The notes under the pieces were generated by a model. The model ran no database searches. It was not told where the DNA came from and saw only the letters and a program-made list of their open reading frames with translations. From NCBI RefSeq assembly GCF_902713615.1, contig NC_052154.1, positions 192,982,948 through 193,046,947 on the forward strand: DNA of 64,000 bases, in the 5' to 3' direction. The position numbers were made by a program, and so were the translations under genes. Below are positions 63,093-64,000 of this stretch, in pieces. Numbering within the stretch: the stretch's first letter is position 1; each line of letters starts with the position of its first letter. The DNA is from Scyliorhinus canicula. Taxonomy: Eukaryota.

Positions 63093-63216
63093 ACAAGTTA
63101 ACATTTTCGCTACTGCTTTGTCGAGGAGAATTGCTGTCTTTTATTAGTTCTCTCAGAATTATTGGCTTCATCTCCTCAGACTGGTTTGAATCCATATTTC
63201 CATCAAGTATAACTTC
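63093..63216 (-). CDS. PRDM-like exon upstream of the zinc knuckle (EVILDGNMDSNQSEEMKPIILRELIKDSNSPRQSSSENVNL); possible start ATG at 63195
   Basis: Acceptor tttattcttgtag, donor T|gtaagt. Open frame ending in phase 1, matching the next exon. ATG in context AATATGG. Confidence 0.65.
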
Positions 63217-63484
63217 CTACAAGAATAAATTGAGGTAACAAGAAGGGAAGAGGCAGGTAAATCTCAGTCGTTAGATAAAATACACACTCAGAAACTCAAT
63301 CATCATTTGAAAAATCAACAACCACTCAAAAGACCGAAAATCTGATGTTGAAATAGCAATGAAGCAAGGAGGTGGTGACCTTCTTCGACTGCATCTTCCA
63401 AATCGTGTCCTCGACCACCTTAGAAGGACAAGTGCTGCAGATGCACGGGATCACCAAGCCACACACCACCCTGATTTGGAACTA

Positions 63485-64000
63485 CAGTAGTCCCCCGTTA
63501 TACCGCGCTCCGCAATACCGCGGATTGGAGGGAGAGAGCAGCCGGCAGTGTCAACTTCAGCGGCCGGCTGATTGTTTCAGTGAGAGAGCAGCTTCCCTCT
63601 CTGGATCAAAGTGAGCCAGCTGCTGAAATTGACACTGCCGGCTGCTCTCTCCCTCCAATCAGCCGGCAGTGTCAATTTCAGCGGCCGGCTCACTTTGATC
63701 CGGAGGGGGAAGCTGCTCTCTCACTGAAACAATCAGCCGGCCGCTGAAATTGACACTGCCGGCTGCTCTCTCCCTCCAATCCAACTTTTAAGTTGTTAAA
63801 AATGCAGCAGTGCTTGTTTTAATTAGATCCACGATGGGGGTTTTAAATTTATTTAAAAATCTATGCATGCGCTTCCCATTGTGAGTCTACGGGGGTCTGA
63901 CCTCCCCCCGCCCCCCGTAGACTCACAATGGGAAGCGCATGCATATTTTAAATAAATTAAAAACCCCAATCGTGGATATCCGCGGCTCGGATGCAACGCG
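63485..64000. mobile_element. Tc1/mariner (Tigger/pogo-like) non-autonomous foldback element, runs off the window
   Basis: TA|CAGTAGTCCCCCGTTATACCGCG terminus; nested internal inverted repeats at 63520-63782 and 63836-63968. Confidence 0.65.

Larger units (their letters stand above)
8664..63216 (-). other. Gene span: PR/SET-domain C2H2 zinc-finger gene, PRDM9/PRDM7/PRDM11 group (5' end probably outside window)
   Basis: Hand-assembled exons on -: 63216-63093, 58179-57920, 57098-57037, 52885-52620, 47028-46918, 41578-41468, 39915-39319, 36673-36545, 31112-30531, 21130-21065, 16835-16191, 8995-8664. All have AG/GT boundaries, compatible phases and no internal stop. 1050 aa from ATG 63195 with one copy of the duplicated exon, 1087 aa with both. 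Confidence 0.85.

Overview
Eukaryotic, repeat-rich vertebrate DNA. The SINE/LINE complement (HE1-type V-SINEs, HER1/CR1 LINEs, Deu-domain SINEs, fish-type L1) points to a cartilaginous fish, probably a shark (inference). Two genes converge tail-to-tail. (1) The last coding exon of a divergent L-lactate dehydrogenase-like gene lies on + at 6107-6271. (2) A ~55-kb PR/SET-domain zinc-finger gene of the PRDM9/PRDM7/PRDM11 group lies on -, spanning 63216 to 8664; I assembled it by hand into one open frame of ~1050-1087 aa from 12 GT-AG exons. Its architecture is unusual: instead of one zinc-finger exon it has three duplicated [short linker exon + 4-finger exon] modules, all phase 1-1. Two finger exons are ~98% identical over the fingers but clearly diverged upstream. 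The tyrosine equivalent to PRDM9 Y357 is His, and the zinc knuckle is degenerate. A recent 5.45-kb SINE-bounded tandem duplication has duplicated one more symmetric exon. Introns hold many TEs (a near-intact CR1/HER1 ORF2, L1 fragments with TSDs, Rex1, Penelope, a solo LTR, MITEs) and a 1.6-kb CpG-rich 16-bp minisatellite. All family assignments are from remembered consensus motifs; no database search was run.
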